A DNA stretch of 64,000 nt from Nitrospirota bacterium (GCA_049323875.1 JBMOLW010000050.1:9643-73642); one strand, 5' to 3'; counted from the first letter of the stretch, positions 1 to 9,822 are shown. Notes: generated by a model from the sequence alone, not told the origin. Numbers and translations are program-made.

Positions 1-558
1 AAGGCAGTACGGGCTCTGCAGGAAAAGGATATCGCCAGGGCAGATTCACTGATAACCCAGGCCCTGAACAAAGAGCAGAACCAGCCCTCGTTCCATACCC
101 TCAAGGGGATGATCATGCTGAAAAACAAGGTCCATCGGGAATCTGAAAAATATTTTCACGCTGCGTTGCAGATCGACAAGGGGTATGAGCCTGCACAAAG
201 GGGCTTGGGGATACTCCGTTACGCGGAGAAAAACTATTCGGAAGCTATAAAATATCTGAGAGCGAGCCTCTCTCTGTATCCCCAGGACATCTCTTCTCAT
301 TACTACCTCGGCATGAGCTATTACCGGACGAAATCCTACAGCAATGCGATACCAAGCCTGAAAACTTTCGCCGAAGCACAACCGAACCATGTACAGGTAT
401 ATGGAATCCTCGGCATATGCTTCGAAGAAACAGGAGACATTCCTTCAGCATATCAGGCATATGTAATGCAAACACGAATCGCACCTGACAATGATATGGG
501 CAGACATGCCGCGTCACGGGTTGCTGTCCTGAAACCCTATCTGGAGAAGAAAAAATAA
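1..558 (+). CDS. TPR-repeat protein (5' partial, continues left of window)
   Basis: Frame 1 is open from base 1 (KAVRALQEKDIARADSLITQALNKEQ...) into ORF 109..558. Repeated 34-aa helical pattern (YSEAIKYLRASLSLYPQD, YSNAIPSLKTFAEAQPNH, AYQAYVMQTRIAPDN) is typical of TPR. Confidence 0.7.
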   Translation, partial: KAVRALQEKDIARADSLITQALNKEQNQPSFHTLKGMIMLKNKVHRESEKYFHAALQIDKGYEPAQRGLGILRYAEKNYSEAIKYLRASLSLYPQDISSHYYLGMSYYRTKSYSNAIPSLKTFAEAQPNHVQVYGILGICFEETGDIPSAYQAYVMQTRIAPDNDMGRHAASRVAVLKPYLEKKK

Positions 559-574
559 CAAGACCCGGCGGGAG

Positions 575-1372
575 ATGAATATCAATATACTCAAGAAAAT
601 CGGCAGGAGATTGCTCGAGGAACTGCCGAGGGGGAGCAGGGTGCAGAAATCAGTACTGGGCACCGGAGCCTCGGGAGATAAGACCTATGATATTGACAAG
701 CGCGCTGAGGATATTATCATCTCCGGTCTGGAAAAATCAGGTGAAGCGCTGACCCTCATCGCAGAGGAATCAGGAATCACTCTTGTGCGGGGGGGCGGGA
801 AGCACGTCTTGATAGACCCGGTGGACGGCAGCAGGAACGCGGTCTCCGGAATCCCATTCTATTGCACATCGATTGCAGTAGCCGACGGAGATACTATCGG
901 AGACATCGAATCCGCATATGTACTGAACCTGATCAACGGCGATGAATTCTGGTCGGAGAAGGGGAAAGGGTACTTTTTCAATAATATGGCCGCTCAAGGA
1001 CAACGTGACGATATCCTGTATCTCGTCGCCTACGAAGCACAATCTCCGGGCAACGATATTGCCTCTATCCTGTCCCTTCTTGCTGGGGCAAGAAAAACCC
1101 GATGTCTGGGTTCTACCGCTCTTGACCTCTCCTATCTGGCGTACGGCGCAATCAGTGTTTTCGCGAATCCATCCCCTTCAAGAACCTTTGACTTCGGAGC
1201 AGGCTGGCTCCTCGCCAGAGAAGCCGGCGCGGTCTTTACCGACATGCAGGGGCATTCAATCGAACAGGTCAGGCTAGGCCTGGAAAAATCTACGTCCCTC
1301 CTTGTCTCCGGTAATGAGCATCTCCATGAGAAGGCTCTGAAGCTGCTCCAGAAATTTCCGCAGGACAATTAG
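575..1372 (+). CDS. inositol monophosphatase / fructose-1,6-bisphosphatase family phosphatase
   Basis: 265 aa with IMPase-fold motifs AEESG, IDPVDGSRNA and FDFGAGWLLAREAGA (WDxAAG-like). Purine-rich GGCGGGAG lies directly upstream of the ATG. Confidence 0.8.
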   Translation: MNINILKKIGRRLLEELPRGSRVQKSVLGTGASGDKTYDIDKRAEDIIISGLEKSGEALTLIAEESGITLVRGGGKHVLIDPVDGSRNAVSGIPFYCTSIAVADGDTIGDIESAYVLNLINGDEFWSEKGKGYFFNNMAAQGQRDDILYLVAYEAQSPGNDIASILSLLAGARKTRCLGSTALDLSYLAYGAISVFANPSPSRTFDFGAGWLLAREAGAVFTDMQGHSIEQVRLGLEKSTSLLVSGNEHLHEKALKLLQKFPQDN

Positions 1373-1414
1373 GGTTAATGATCAAATATTTGAAAAGTTG
1401 TTTAATTTTTGCTG

Positions 1415-2416
1415 TCATTCCCCGACTTTGGTCGCCTCTGGCGCCGCACTTCCCTCTTCGGGAAAAGATTTCGGGATAGACCCTTCATTCGTTCCGGAAT
1501 CAGGCTCGCCCTGACATTCCTTCCTGTAATAATAGAGCAGAACAATGGCGATGATGACAAGGCCAAGGTATGTCTGGAACCCAATCGAGATAATCTGATA
1601 CGGAAAAGAAAAAATCGCTCCCACAAGAGGGATGAAGGTAAACGGATAAACAAGAAGACTGAGGAGAAAACTCGCAAGGAGATGGCCTACGAACAGCACA
1701 CTGTAAAGCCAGAAGCCGTTCGGATATTTTTTCAGGAACGTTATTGCCCCGCCGACAGATTTGAAAACACCAGTCCCTCTGAAAAACAGGGTTGCCATCC
1801 CGTAGAGGGTTATCGAGAGAATACCGAGGATCATTGCGAAAAGGAGAATTATCAGGATGAGGGAAAAGAAGACGCCGAAGAAGAGGGCAAGGGTCGAGTC
1901 CTGACTCTGTGCAAAAGAGATGATCGCTGCTATACCCCCCACGAGGAGACCGAGAAAAAATGAAGCGGTGACAAAAATGATGCCCATGACAGAGGTGAAC
2001 CCGATGAAACGGAGAAACAGGCGTTTTGCTTCCTCCGTGAACACGTGGAGAGAAAACTTCAGGTCCTCTTCGAGCACAGACCTTCCGATTACTCCGACAG
2101 ACCCTGCAAAAATATATACTTCGAGTATCACGACAGCGAGAAAATACAGAACAAAACTTGCAAGAACCATGAAAATCAGGCCCAGGTATCTGGACAAAAA
2201 GTCTGAGGTGCCCCGGAAGATTTGGAAAATGTTTCCGGGGTCCGTCAGCGTAGTAAGGTCTATACCAAAAATGATGAATGCGATAGCCAGGGGTATTCCG
2301 ACTATAACGAAAAATGCAAGGACAATCATGAAGATCATGCTCACCTGAATCAGAACGAGTTGCCAGTTTCTGTTGATAAGACTGAAACCGTCCCGGATGG
2401 CTTCAAAATATTTCAT
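1415..2416 (-). CDS. polytopic membrane protein of unknown function
   Basis: 333 aa with about 7-8 long hydrophobic segments and an acidic, probably disordered C-terminal tail. GAGGA SD 5 nt before the ATG. Its start overlaps the helicase stop by 14 nt. Confidence 0.6.
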   Translation of the reverse strand: MKYFEAIRDGFSLINRNWQLVLIQVSMIFMIVLAFFVIVGIPLAIAFIIFGIDLTTLTDPGNIFQIFRGTSDFLSRYLGLIFMVLASFVLYFLAVVILEVYIFAGSVGVIGRSVLEEDLKFSLHVFTEEAKRLFLRFIGFTSVMGIIFVTASFFLGLLVGGIAAIISFAQSQDSTLALFFGVFFSLILIILLFAMILGILSITLYGMATLFFRGTGVFKSVGGAITFLKKYPNGFWLYSVLFVGHLLASFLLSLLVYPFTFIPLVGAIFSFPYQIISIGFQTYLGLVIIAIVLLYYYRKECQGEPDSGTNEGSIPKSFPEEGSAAPEATKVGE

Positions 2417-4379
2417 TTCCGTCCTCTACAACAACCTCTTCATATACATCCCTCGGCAGTTCTTTAATAAATCGCGACGGCCTCAGAAATCCGACCCCGT
2501 ACCACTCTTCCGAGGAAAGGGGATAACAGAGAGAGAGCTCTTCCTGCGCCCTGGTGACCGCGACATAGAAGAGTCTTCTCTCCTCTTCTTCGTCATCGGT
2601 TCTCAGGGACTTGGCCGAAGGGAACCGCCCGTCGATAAGCCCGATCACGAAAACCGCCTTCCACTCAAGGCCTTTGGCCTGGTGTACCGTAGAGAGTATA
2701 ACACATTCCCCGTCAGAGTCTTCTCCGTCTCCTTCTCCCCCGGATAACCCCTGGAGACTCAATTCACTCACAAAAAGCTCAAGGGAAGTATACTGCAGCG
2801 CGAACCGTGTCATCTGTTCGATATCTTCAATCCGCTCCTGTGCATTTGGATAATGACGGTAGAGATAATCTTCATAGCCGGTCCTCAGGATATGTTCTAT
2901 GGCAGTTGCCGGGGCTAAGCTGCCTCCGTATTCTCCCTCCCTCAGGGTTCTCAGGAGGTGAAGAAAGAGACGAAACCCTTCCAGAGCCTTGCGGGGCACG
3001 ACCCTGCCCAGCTCAAAGACAGCATCAAAAGGGGCTTCAGAACGGTTCATCATGTCCCAGAGTTTTGCCGCTGTGATATTCCCGATACCCGGGATCAATT
3101 TCAGGATACGCTTCCAGCTCAGTTCGTCATATGAATTCACGAGAACCCGGAGAAAAGAGAGGATGTCCTTGATATGCGCAAGTTCGAAAAACTTGAGGCC
3201 TGACCGCACTTCGAAGGGAATTCCTCTCCTCTGGAGTTCCATCTGGAGTTCCATCGACAGGTAGTGTGACCGGTAGAGGACCGCGACCGCGCTGAGGGGG
3301 GTTCCTTCTGCATTCATTTCGAGTATTCTCTGCGCCACAAAATCAGCCTGCTGAAAGACATCCCTGAGGGGAACGATAGAGGGAATGTTTCCCGGACTTT
3401 TTATCGAATGGAGTTCCTTCTGAAACTGCCGTATGTTATTGACGATGCTCTTATTTGCAAGAGTCAGGATTTCGGGCGTGGACCGGTAATTTACGGTAAG
3501 AGTGTAGGTTGCGGCATCCGGATAGCGTTCAGGGAATTTGAGGATATTTTCGAAATCAGCTCCCCGGAAAGAATAGATTGACTGGGCGTCGTCCCCGACT
3601 ACCATGAGGTTCCTGTGCCGCTCTGCGAGCAGATCGACGATATCGGCCTGCAGCCGGTTGGTGTCCTGATATTCGTCCACAAGGATATGGAGGAATTTCG
3701 CGGCATACTGTTCCCGTATCTCCTCGTGTTCGAGGAGCAACTTCTTCCAGTTGCTGAGCAGGTCATCGAAATCCATAAGGTTAAGCGCCCTTTTCTTTTC
3801 TTCATAAATCCCTATAATCCGCTGAATCTCTTCCGTTACTTCAGCGAAATGCGGGAACCTCTGCTGTAGGACCTCTTCGAGACTACGTTCGGAATTTATC
3901 ATGAGACTCTGCATCTCGCAGAGCACAGAGCCTTTCGGCATGACGGTCTCTTGTTGCTTGCGTTCAGGCAGACAGATATCGAAGAGTTCCTTTGCGTCTT
4001 CCCTGTCGAGGATGGAAAATCCCTGCTTGTATCCGAGAAGAAGACAATGGCGCCGCAGGATCATATTCCCGACGTGATGGAATGTCCCTCCCCGGAGACC
4101 GCGGATATTCCTGCCGATCAGAAATTCCGCCCTCCGCATCATCTCTTTAGCCGCCTTGTTGGTAAACGTCAGGAGGAGGATGTTCTCCGGCCTGACATTC
4201 GTTTCTATCAGCCGGGCAACACGATAGGTGACTGTCCGTGTTTTTCCCGTCCCGGCCCCTGCGAGTACAAGGACGGGACCGTGCTGATGGAACACAACAG
4301 CATGCTGTTCAGGATTTAATTCATTTTTGTATTCTATCCCGAGATCTGCGGACTCCCGGTGGATTCGATACTTTTTCAT
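2403..4379 (-). CDS. UvrD/PcrA/Rep-type SF1 DNA helicase
   Basis: 658 aa with the full motif set: AGAGTGKT (I), TFTNKAAKEM (Ia), TFHH, VDEYQDTN (II), VGDDAQSIYSFRGA (III), VNYRST (IV), TVHQAKGLEW (V), YVAVTRAQEEL (VI). ATGA overlap with the upstream gene. Confidence 0.9.
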   Translation of the reverse strand: MKKYRIHRESADLGIEYKNELNPEQHAVVFHQHGPVLVLAGAGTGKTRTVTYRVARLIETNVRPENILLLTFTNKAAKEMMRRAEFLIGRNIRGLRGGTFHHVGNMILRRHCLLLGYKQGFSILDREDAKELFDICLPERKQQETVMPKGSVLCEMQSLMINSERSLEEVLQQRFPHFAEVTEEIQRIIGIYEEKKRALNLMDFDDLLSNWKKLLLEHEEIREQYAAKFLHILVDEYQDTNRLQADIVDLLAERHRNLMVVGDDAQSIYSFRGADFENILKFPERYPDAATYTLTVNYRSTPEILTLANKSIVNNIRQFQKELHSIKSPGNIPSIVPLRDVFQQADFVAQRILEMNAEGTPLSAVAVLYRSHYLSMELQMELQRRGIPFEVRSGLKFFELAHIKDILSFLRVLVNSYDELSWKRILKLIPGIGNITAAKLWDMMNRSEAPFDAVFELGRVVPRKALEGFRLFLHLLRTLREGEYGGSLAPATAIEHILRTGYEDYLYRHYPNAQERIEDIEQMTRFALQYTSLELFVSELSLQGLSGGEGDGEDSDGECVILSTVHQAKGLEWKAVFVIGLIDGRFPSAKSLRTDDEEEERRLFYVAVTRAQEELSLCYPLSSEEWYGVGFLRPSRFIKELPRDVYEEVVVEDGNEIF

Positions 4380-5719
4380 CTGAGTCTGTCGGCGACCTCC
4401 CGCGCAAAATCCGATAGAGATTCATCGCGGGCCCCAAAGACAATATAGGTATCCCATTCCCCGAGACGGGAGAAGAGCGCGGAACGTTCAGGGAGAACCT
4501 CTGCTGATTTCCCTGCCGAACGTATCTCCTGCACAAGGTCTTCACTCGAAATATCTTTTAGCGATGTGCCCCCGGAATAGTAAATCGGAAGGATAAAGAG
4601 ATGGTCCCCCTTGCCGAGATTCCGCACAAAAGCTCTAACATAGCCTTCTTTCATCAGCCGTGTCGGCCCATAGCCATGGGGCTGGAAGACATAACAGCTT
4701 CTGACGCTTATGCCCCGGGCACATTCCATCAGCGATTCTATCTTGTGCGGATTATGGGCATAATCATCAACGACAAAATGTGTGCCGTTGTTCAGGTGGA
4801 TATCAAAACGCCGCTCGATTCCAGAAAAATCAGGAAGGATTTGCGCAATCCTTTTCAGATCAATGCCCAGCTCGGAGAGCAGGGCAACACACGCGGCTGC
4901 ATTATAGAGATTATACCTGCCAGGAAGGGAAAGGCGGAACTCCACGCCCCGCATCGTAAAAGTTGTACCGAAGGGTTTGTACTCTATACTTTTTGCGCGG
5001 TATTCTGATTCGGAATCAATCGAGAACCGGACCGGCCTGGAAAAGGCACACCGGCCCAGGTTCGGGTCATCTGCATTCACGACGACCTTGTTTTTCGTAT
5101 TCCTGTCAAGGGCCTCGAACATTGCCGCAGTCTCTTCTACCGCCTGATGATCAAGGCTGAGATTGCCGATCAGGGAAAAGCAAGGTTCATAGTGAACAAT
5201 TGAACCGTCTGATTCACAGGCTTCTGTTACTAAGAGGCCAGATTGCCCGGTAAGGGAGTTGCCGGGACAACCGGCTTGCCTGAACTGTTTAACCCTGCCT
5301 CCCCCGATAAAATTCGGCTCCATATTCAGCTGTTTCAGAAGAAAAGCCAGCATTCCTGCTGTAGTGGATTTGCCGCTGGTACCCGCCACGGCTATGGTAT
5401 GGTGGGCCCCGATAATCTCCCGCAGATATGCAGGACGCGTCTTTACCGGAATGCCGGTCTCTCTGGCTCTTATTGCCTCAGGGTGGTTGTCTTCGACCGC
5501 AGTGCTGAATACCGCAAAATCACAAGAAGTGTCGACCCCGGAGCCGTCCTGGGGAACGATCATTATGCCTTTTTCCTGCAAGACCTTACAGAGCGCATTG
5601 TCAGGATCACGGTCATAGGACCGGTCAGAGCCGACTATCGTATGCCCCTTGTCTGCCATGAACCATGCCATAGCAGACATGCCGCTTCCCCCGATGCCTG
5701 AAAAGAATATCTTTGCCAT
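4376..5719 (-). CDS. Mur ligase family protein, MurC/Mpl-like
   Basis: 447 aa with N-terminal GIGGSGMS, P-loop GTSGKSTT, EACESDGS and DDYAHNP motifs as in UDP-N-acetylmuramate--L-alanine ligase. It is not in a dcw cluster, so it may be a paralogue. Confidence 0.75.
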   Translation of the reverse strand: MAKIFFSGIGGSGMSAMAWFMADKGHTIVGSDRSYDRDPDNALCKVLQEKGIMIVPQDGSGVDTSCDFAVFSTAVEDNHPEAIRARETGIPVKTRPAYLREIIGAHHTIAVAGTSGKSTTAGMLAFLLKQLNMEPNFIGGGRVKQFRQAGCPGNSLTGQSGLLVTEACESDGSIVHYEPCFSLIGNLSLDHQAVEETAAMFEALDRNTKNKVVVNADDPNLGRCAFSRPVRFSIDSESEYRAKSIEYKPFGTTFTMRGVEFRLSLPGRYNLYNAAACVALLSELGIDLKRIAQILPDFSGIERRFDIHLNNGTHFVVDDYAHNPHKIESLMECARGISVRSCYVFQPHGYGPTRLMKEGYVRAFVRNLGKGDHLFILPIYYSGGTSLKDISSEDLVQEIRSAGKSAEVLPERSALFSRLGEWDTYIVFGARDESLSDFAREVADRLR

Positions 5720-5794
5720 TTATACCCTTTATTCTAACTCAAACAGAGCGATCATTTGCGGTCATTGATGAAAGAATTCCCCTCCCTGCGCCTC

Positions 5795-5834
5795 TCCCTC
5801 AAGGGGCAAGGGAACTTTTCCCTCCCTTGAGGGG
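5795..5834. repeat. GC-rich imperfect palindrome (REP-like hairpin) in a divergent intergenic region
   Basis: TCCCTCAAGGG (5795..5805) pairs with CCCTTGAGGGG (5824..5834), giving 10 WC pairs plus 1 GU. The 18-nt loop contains its own AGGGAA/TTCCCT mini-stem. Confidence 0.5.
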
Positions 5835-5899
5835 AGGGACTAAGGGAGGGTGATGTTTCTCCATACCTTTTTTCAGTCAAAGACTCATCTCTATGTCCT

Positions 5900-5938
5900 T
5901 TGAATATTGCAATGCTTTGCATTATAATAGAATGCAAA
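5900..5938 (+). promoter_or_regulatory. sigma70-like promoter with an overlapping inverted-repeat operator for the TA operon
   Basis: TTGAAT (5900..5905), 17 nt, TATAAT (5923..5928). A perfect 8-bp inverted repeat TTTGCATT (5916..5923) / AATGCAAA (5931..5938) straddles the -10. AGGAGG SD precedes the ATG at 5961. Confidence 0.5.
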
Positions 5939-5960
5939 TAGAGACCGAAAGGAGGACACC

Positions 5961-6215
5961 ATGCAATCTCAATTAACCGTCAGGCTTTCCGATGATCTTG
6001 CCGAGGGCATATCCCGGTATGCGAAGAGACTCCGGTTAAAACGGTCTGATATCGTCAGGATGGCGCTGGAAAAATTTCTTTCGGGCGTGCAGAAGGAAGA
6101 GACAAGCCCGTATGACAGAGTGAGCAGTCTTATAGGTGCTGTGAAAACCGGGATACCGGATAGTGGACAATCTCACAGAGAATATCTCATCAGGCGAATC
6201 AGGAAAAATGCATAG
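5961..6215 (+). CDS. ribbon-helix-helix (CopG/VapB-like) antitoxin
   Basis: 84 aa. N-terminal MQSQLTVRLSDDLAEGISRYAKRLRLKRSDIVRMALEKFL is a typical RHH fold. Strong SD. Its stop overlaps the start of the PIN gene. Confidence 0.75.
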   Translation: MQSQLTVRLSDDLAEGISRYAKRLRLKRSDIVRMALEKFLSGVQKEETSPYDRVSSLIGAVKTGIPDSGQSHREYLIRRIRKNA

Positions 6216-6621
6216 TCTTCTGCTCGATACCGGGGCGCTGGTTGCACTGCTCGACAGGAGCGAAAAAACACATAAAGACTGTGTGGAATTCCTGAAGCAA
6301 TTCAGGGGTGATATTTATACTACAGAACCTGTGCTTACCGAAGCACTCTATCTGCTCGGCCCATCGGTAGAAAACCAGAAAACCTGTATTTCTTTTATCC
6401 TTCAAGGCGGCGCTTCTCTTGTTCCCCAATCACCCGAAAGTCTCGCAAGAGCAATCCGGCTCATGGAGAAATATAAGGACATCCCGATGGATTTTGCGGA
6501 TGCAACCCTTGTTCTGCTCGCAGAAGAGGCCGGGATCGATGATATCTTTACGCTGGATCACCGGGGATTCAGGGCATACAGAATCCGTGGGAAAAAGGAA
6601 TTCACAATCTGGCCAAAATGA
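6208..6621 (+). CDS. vapC: PIN-domain toxin (VapC-like ribonuclease)
   Basis: The ATG at 6208 is in frame within ORF 6163..6621 and overlaps the antitoxin stop (6213..6215) by 8 nt. N-terminal LLLDTGALVALLD and later FADATLV / TLDHRGF acidic motifs fit PIN. Confidence 0.8.
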   Translation: MHSLLLDTGALVALLDRSEKTHKDCVEFLKQFRGDIYTTEPVLTEALYLLGPSVENQKTCISFILQGGASLVPQSPESLARAIRLMEKYKDIPMDFADATLVLLAEEAGIDDIFTLDHRGFRAYRIRGKKEFTIWPK

Positions 6622-6746
6622 CCGGAGGTGAACTATGAGTAAAATTGACCAGAAGAAATCCAAATCCCCTCTCACCCCCCCTTTTTCTAAAAGGGAATTT
6701 GTTCCTTATTACGTCTCTCCACAAAACAAATCCCTTTGGTTTTGTC

Positions 6747-6776
6747 TTGATAAAAAGACTCTCAAGCAGGTATAGT
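6747..6776 (+). promoter_or_regulatory. candidate promoter of yajC-secDF
   Basis: TTGATA (6747..6752), 18 nt, TATAGT (6771..6776), about 30 nt upstream of yajC. Confidence 0.4.
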
Positions 6777-6803
6777 ATCATTTAAAACTTTTCCGGGAGG
6801 TGT

Positions 6804-7157
6804 ATGATGTTTCTCTTGAATATCATAGATATTGCACATGCCATGGCCCCCCCGCAGGGCGGAAGCGCTCAGCAGGGAGGTCCGGCGGGACTTTTCATGA
6901 GCCTTCTCCCTCTTATCCTCATCTTCGTAGTCTTCTATTTCCTTCTGATAAGACCCCAGCAGAAGAAGGCAAAAGAGCATAAACAGATGATAGACAACCT
7001 CAAGAAAGGCGATAAGATTATCACTTCCGGCGGCGTGTACGGAATCATCGAAGCTGTAGGCACCAATACCATCACGGTGAAGATTGCCGAAAACGTAAAG
7101 GTAAAATTCGGCAAGCCATATGTTGCAGCATTGAGAGCCACTTCTGACGAGGAATAA
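6804..7157 (+). CDS. yajC: preprotein translocase subunit YajC
   Basis: One TM segment followed by LIRPQQKKAKEHKQMIDNLKKGDKIITSGGVYGII, the YajC signature. GGGAGG SD at 6795..6800, so the second ATG at 6807 has the better spacing. Confidence 0.9.
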   Translation: MMFLLNIIDIAHAMAPPQGGSAQQGGPAGLFMSLLPLILIFVVFYFLLIRPQQKKAKEHKQMIDNLKKGDKIITSGGVYGIIEAVGTNTITVKIAENVKVKFGKPYVAALRATSDEE

Positions 7158-7169
7158 GACGGGGGACAA

Positions 7170-8792
7170 ATGAAGAAAAAGGTTCTCTGGCGACTGATCC
7201 TCATCATACTGACTATTCTCCTGGCTGTGGTCTTCTTTTTACCGAATACCCCCGCTTTCAGGCATATGCCTGAATGGTGGCAGAAAAGCATGCCGAACAA
7301 GGGCATCGTATTGGGACTTGACCTCCAGGGAGGCCTCCATCTTGTTTTTGAGGTCGAAGGGGATAAAGCTGTCACTATTACCACGCAGAGATACGCATCG
7401 AGACTGAAAGAACTCTTCGAAAAGAATAAAGTGGCAGGTGAGGTTACAGTAAACGGTCTGAATATTACGGTAAGCCCTGCAACCAATGAGGCCCGCAAGC
7501 TGGCAGAGGATACGTATCCTAACCTCGTCGTAACCCAGAGCAGCGGCAACCTGGTTTACCGGATTTCTGACAGGGAGGCATCCCGCATTCAGGACAGCGC
7601 TGCTGACCAGGCTCTCGAAACAATCCGAAACAGGATCGACCAGTTCGGGGTTGCAGAGCCAACCATCCACCGGCAGGGTGAAAATGAGATCGTCGTTCAG
7701 CTCCCCGGAGTGAAAGACCCAAAACGGGCCATCAGCCTGATAGGCAGAACGGCACAGCTCGAGTTCAAACTCGTGGACGATGAGGCAAACATTGCTGCGG
7801 AACTGCCTGCATCGGTTCTGCCCGGGGAAGAAGAAGCCCTGATGAGGCAGTTTGCCGGCAGGATACCTGAAGGAGATGAGATTCTCTTTGAGAAGAAGGT
7901 CAACAAGGAAACAGGCACGATCCGCAAACTGCCCGTCCTGATCAAAAAGCAGGCCGTAATTACCGGGGACCTCCTGAGTGACGCGAAAGTGAATATCGAT
8001 ACGCAGTTCAGCGAACCCTATGTCTCTATCGCATTCAATACCGCAGGGGCAAAACTTTTTGAGGAAGTCACCGGTGCAAACGTGAAAAAGAGGCTTGCGA
8101 TCATTCTCGACAACAAAGTATACTCGGCACCGGTTATCCAGGAAAAAATCGCCGGAGGGAACGCACAGATAACCGGGAATTTTACCATGGAGGAGGCAAA
8201 AGACTTGAGTATTGTGCTCAGGGCAGGCGCCCTGCCGGCACCGATGAAGATGCTCCAGAATGTTACGGTTGGGCCTTCCCTCGGAAGAGACTCCATAGAG
8301 GCCGGGAAAATGGCAGGCATTATCGGCACACTCGCGGTTGTTCTCTTCATGATCATCTACTACAGACTTTCCGGGGTAATTGCAGATTTTGCTCTTTTTT
8401 TTAATGTCGTCCTTCTTCTCGGAGCCATGGCTTCACTGAACGCAACGCTCACCATGCCCGGCATTGCGGGTATTATTCTCGCTATCGGTATGGCGGTTGA
8501 TTCAAACGTCCTCATGTTCGAAAGGATCCGTGAAGAACTGAGGACAGGGAAGCCCCCAGCTTCCGCTGTGGATTCGGGATACAAAAAAGCATTCTGGACA
8601 ATCTTCGATTCCCACGTCACAACCCTGATCACTGCGGCGGTACTCTTTCAGTTCGGGACCGGACCGATCAAGGGGTTTGCCGTGACTCTCAGCCTCGGTG
8701 TTGCCATAAACCTCTATACCGCTCTCATCGGGACCAAGACCATATACGATATTATTCTCAGCAGAATAAATGTGAGGACACTGAGCATATGA
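7170..8792 (+). CDS. secD: protein translocase subunit SecD
   Basis: 540 aa with an N-terminal TM, a large periplasmic domain ([21 protein letters not shown]) and a C-terminal 5-TM bundle. Lies in a yajC-secD-secF context. Confidence 0.95.
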   Translation: MKKKVLWRLILIILTILLAVVFFLPNTPAFRHMPEWWQKSMPNKGIVLGLDLQGGLHLVFEVEGDKAVTITTQRYASRLKELFEKNKVAGEVTVNGLNITVSPATNEARKLAEDTYPNLVVTQSSGNLVYRISDREASRIQDSAADQALETIRNRIDQFGVAEPTIHRQGENEIVVQLPGVKDPKRAISLIGRTAQLEFKLVDDEANIAAELPASVLPGEEEALMRQFAGRIPEGDEILFEKKVNKETGTIRKLPVLIKKQAVITGDLLSDAKVNIDTQFSEPYVSIAFNTAGAKLFEEVTGANVKKRLAIILDNKVYSAPVIQEKIAGGNAQITGNFTMEEAKDLSIVLRAGALPAPMKMLQNVTVGPSLGRDSIEAGKMAGIIGTLAVVLFMIIYYRLSGVIADFALFFNVVLLLGAMASLNATLTMPGIAGIILAIGMAVDSNVLMFERIREELRTGKPPASAVDSGYKKAFWTIFDSHVTTLITAAVLFQFGTGPIKGFAVTLSLGVAINLYTALIGTKTIYDIILSRINVRTLSI

Positions 8793-9700
8793 TCGAACTT
8801 ATCAAAAAAACGAAGATTGATTTCATGGGAAAACGCACCTATGCATTTGCCGTCTCCGGGGTTGTGTTTCTCCTCGGCATCCTGGCGATAGTGCAGATTA
8901 TCAGAGGCTCCGCAAATCTGGGTATAGATTTTACCGGGGGGACGGCAGTCCAGATACAATTCGAAAAACCCATCATCCTTGCTGATGCGAGAAAAGCGCT
9001 GGAAGAGGGGGGGGTGCAGGATTTCGATCTCCAGGATATGCCGGTCGAACGGAAAATACTGATACGGGTCAAGAAGAAGGAAGAAATCCTTGGCGGTTTT
9101 TCCGATACAATCGTTGCTGCGCTCTCGAAACGCTTTTCAGACCAGCAGCTGGTCGTCGACTCTACGACCGAGATCGGGCCCAAGGTGGGTGAACGGCTCA
9201 GGAAAGACGCCCTCCTGGCGATCCTGGCTGCAACGATCGGCCTGCTCATCTATATCGCCTTCAGGTTCCAGTTCAGGTTTGGTGTTGGTGCGACGATTGC
9301 CACCCTTCACGACGTCTTTGCCGTTCTGGGTATCTTTTATATTCTGGACCGTGAGATTAATCTCATTGTCGTCTCGGCCTTGCTCGCCATCGCAGGATAT
9401 TCGCTGACCGATACTGTCGTGGTATTCGACAGAATCCGGGAAAACCTGAAGATCAGATTTAAAGAACCGGTTGCCCAGGTTGTAAACCAGAGCATCAATG
9501 AAGTTCTCTCAAGAACTATTGTTACAGCCCTCACCACACTCCTGGCCGCCTTTGCCCTCTTCCTGTTCGGGGGCGAGGTAATTCATGATTTTTCGCTCGC
9601 TATAATAATCGGCATCTGTGTCGGCACATTCTCTTCCATATTCGTTGCGAGCCCCATCGTACTCCTGTGGGGAGGGCAAAGGCCGTTTGCGAAAAAGTAA
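8789..9700 (+). CDS. secF: protein translocase subunit SecF
   Basis: 303 aa. ATGA overlap with secD. Motifs GIDFTGGT and TLHDV plus a C-terminal TM bundle. Confidence 0.95.
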   Translation: MIELIKKTKIDFMGKRTYAFAVSGVVFLLGILAIVQIIRGSANLGIDFTGGTAVQIQFEKPIILADARKALEEGGVQDFDLQDMPVERKILIRVKKKEEILGGFSDTIVAALSKRFSDQQLVVDSTTEIGPKVGERLRKDALLAILAATIGLLIYIAFRFQFRFGVGATIATLHDVFAVLGIFYILDREINLIVVSALLAIAGYSLTDTVVVFDRIRENLKIRFKEPVAQVVNQSINEVLSRTIVTALTTLLAAFALFLFGGEVIHDFSLAIIIGICVGTFSSIFVASPIVLLWGGQRPFAKK

Positions 9701-9822
9701 CTGAACAGAAAAAACACACCATGCTGAGCGCAACCTGTTCGCAAAAACTTTTCACGTTCTCTGCCCTGATCCGCCCGGTATTCTCTCTTTCCTGTTCACG
9801 AATTATGTTTTACGGTTTTTAG

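Noticed and set aside
5752-5937. 61-aa minus-strand ORF in the murC-like / vapB intergenic region
   Set aside because: It is generated by the GC-rich palindromic element, giving an SP/GE/R-rich pseudo-peptide. It overlaps the TA promoter and has no RBS.
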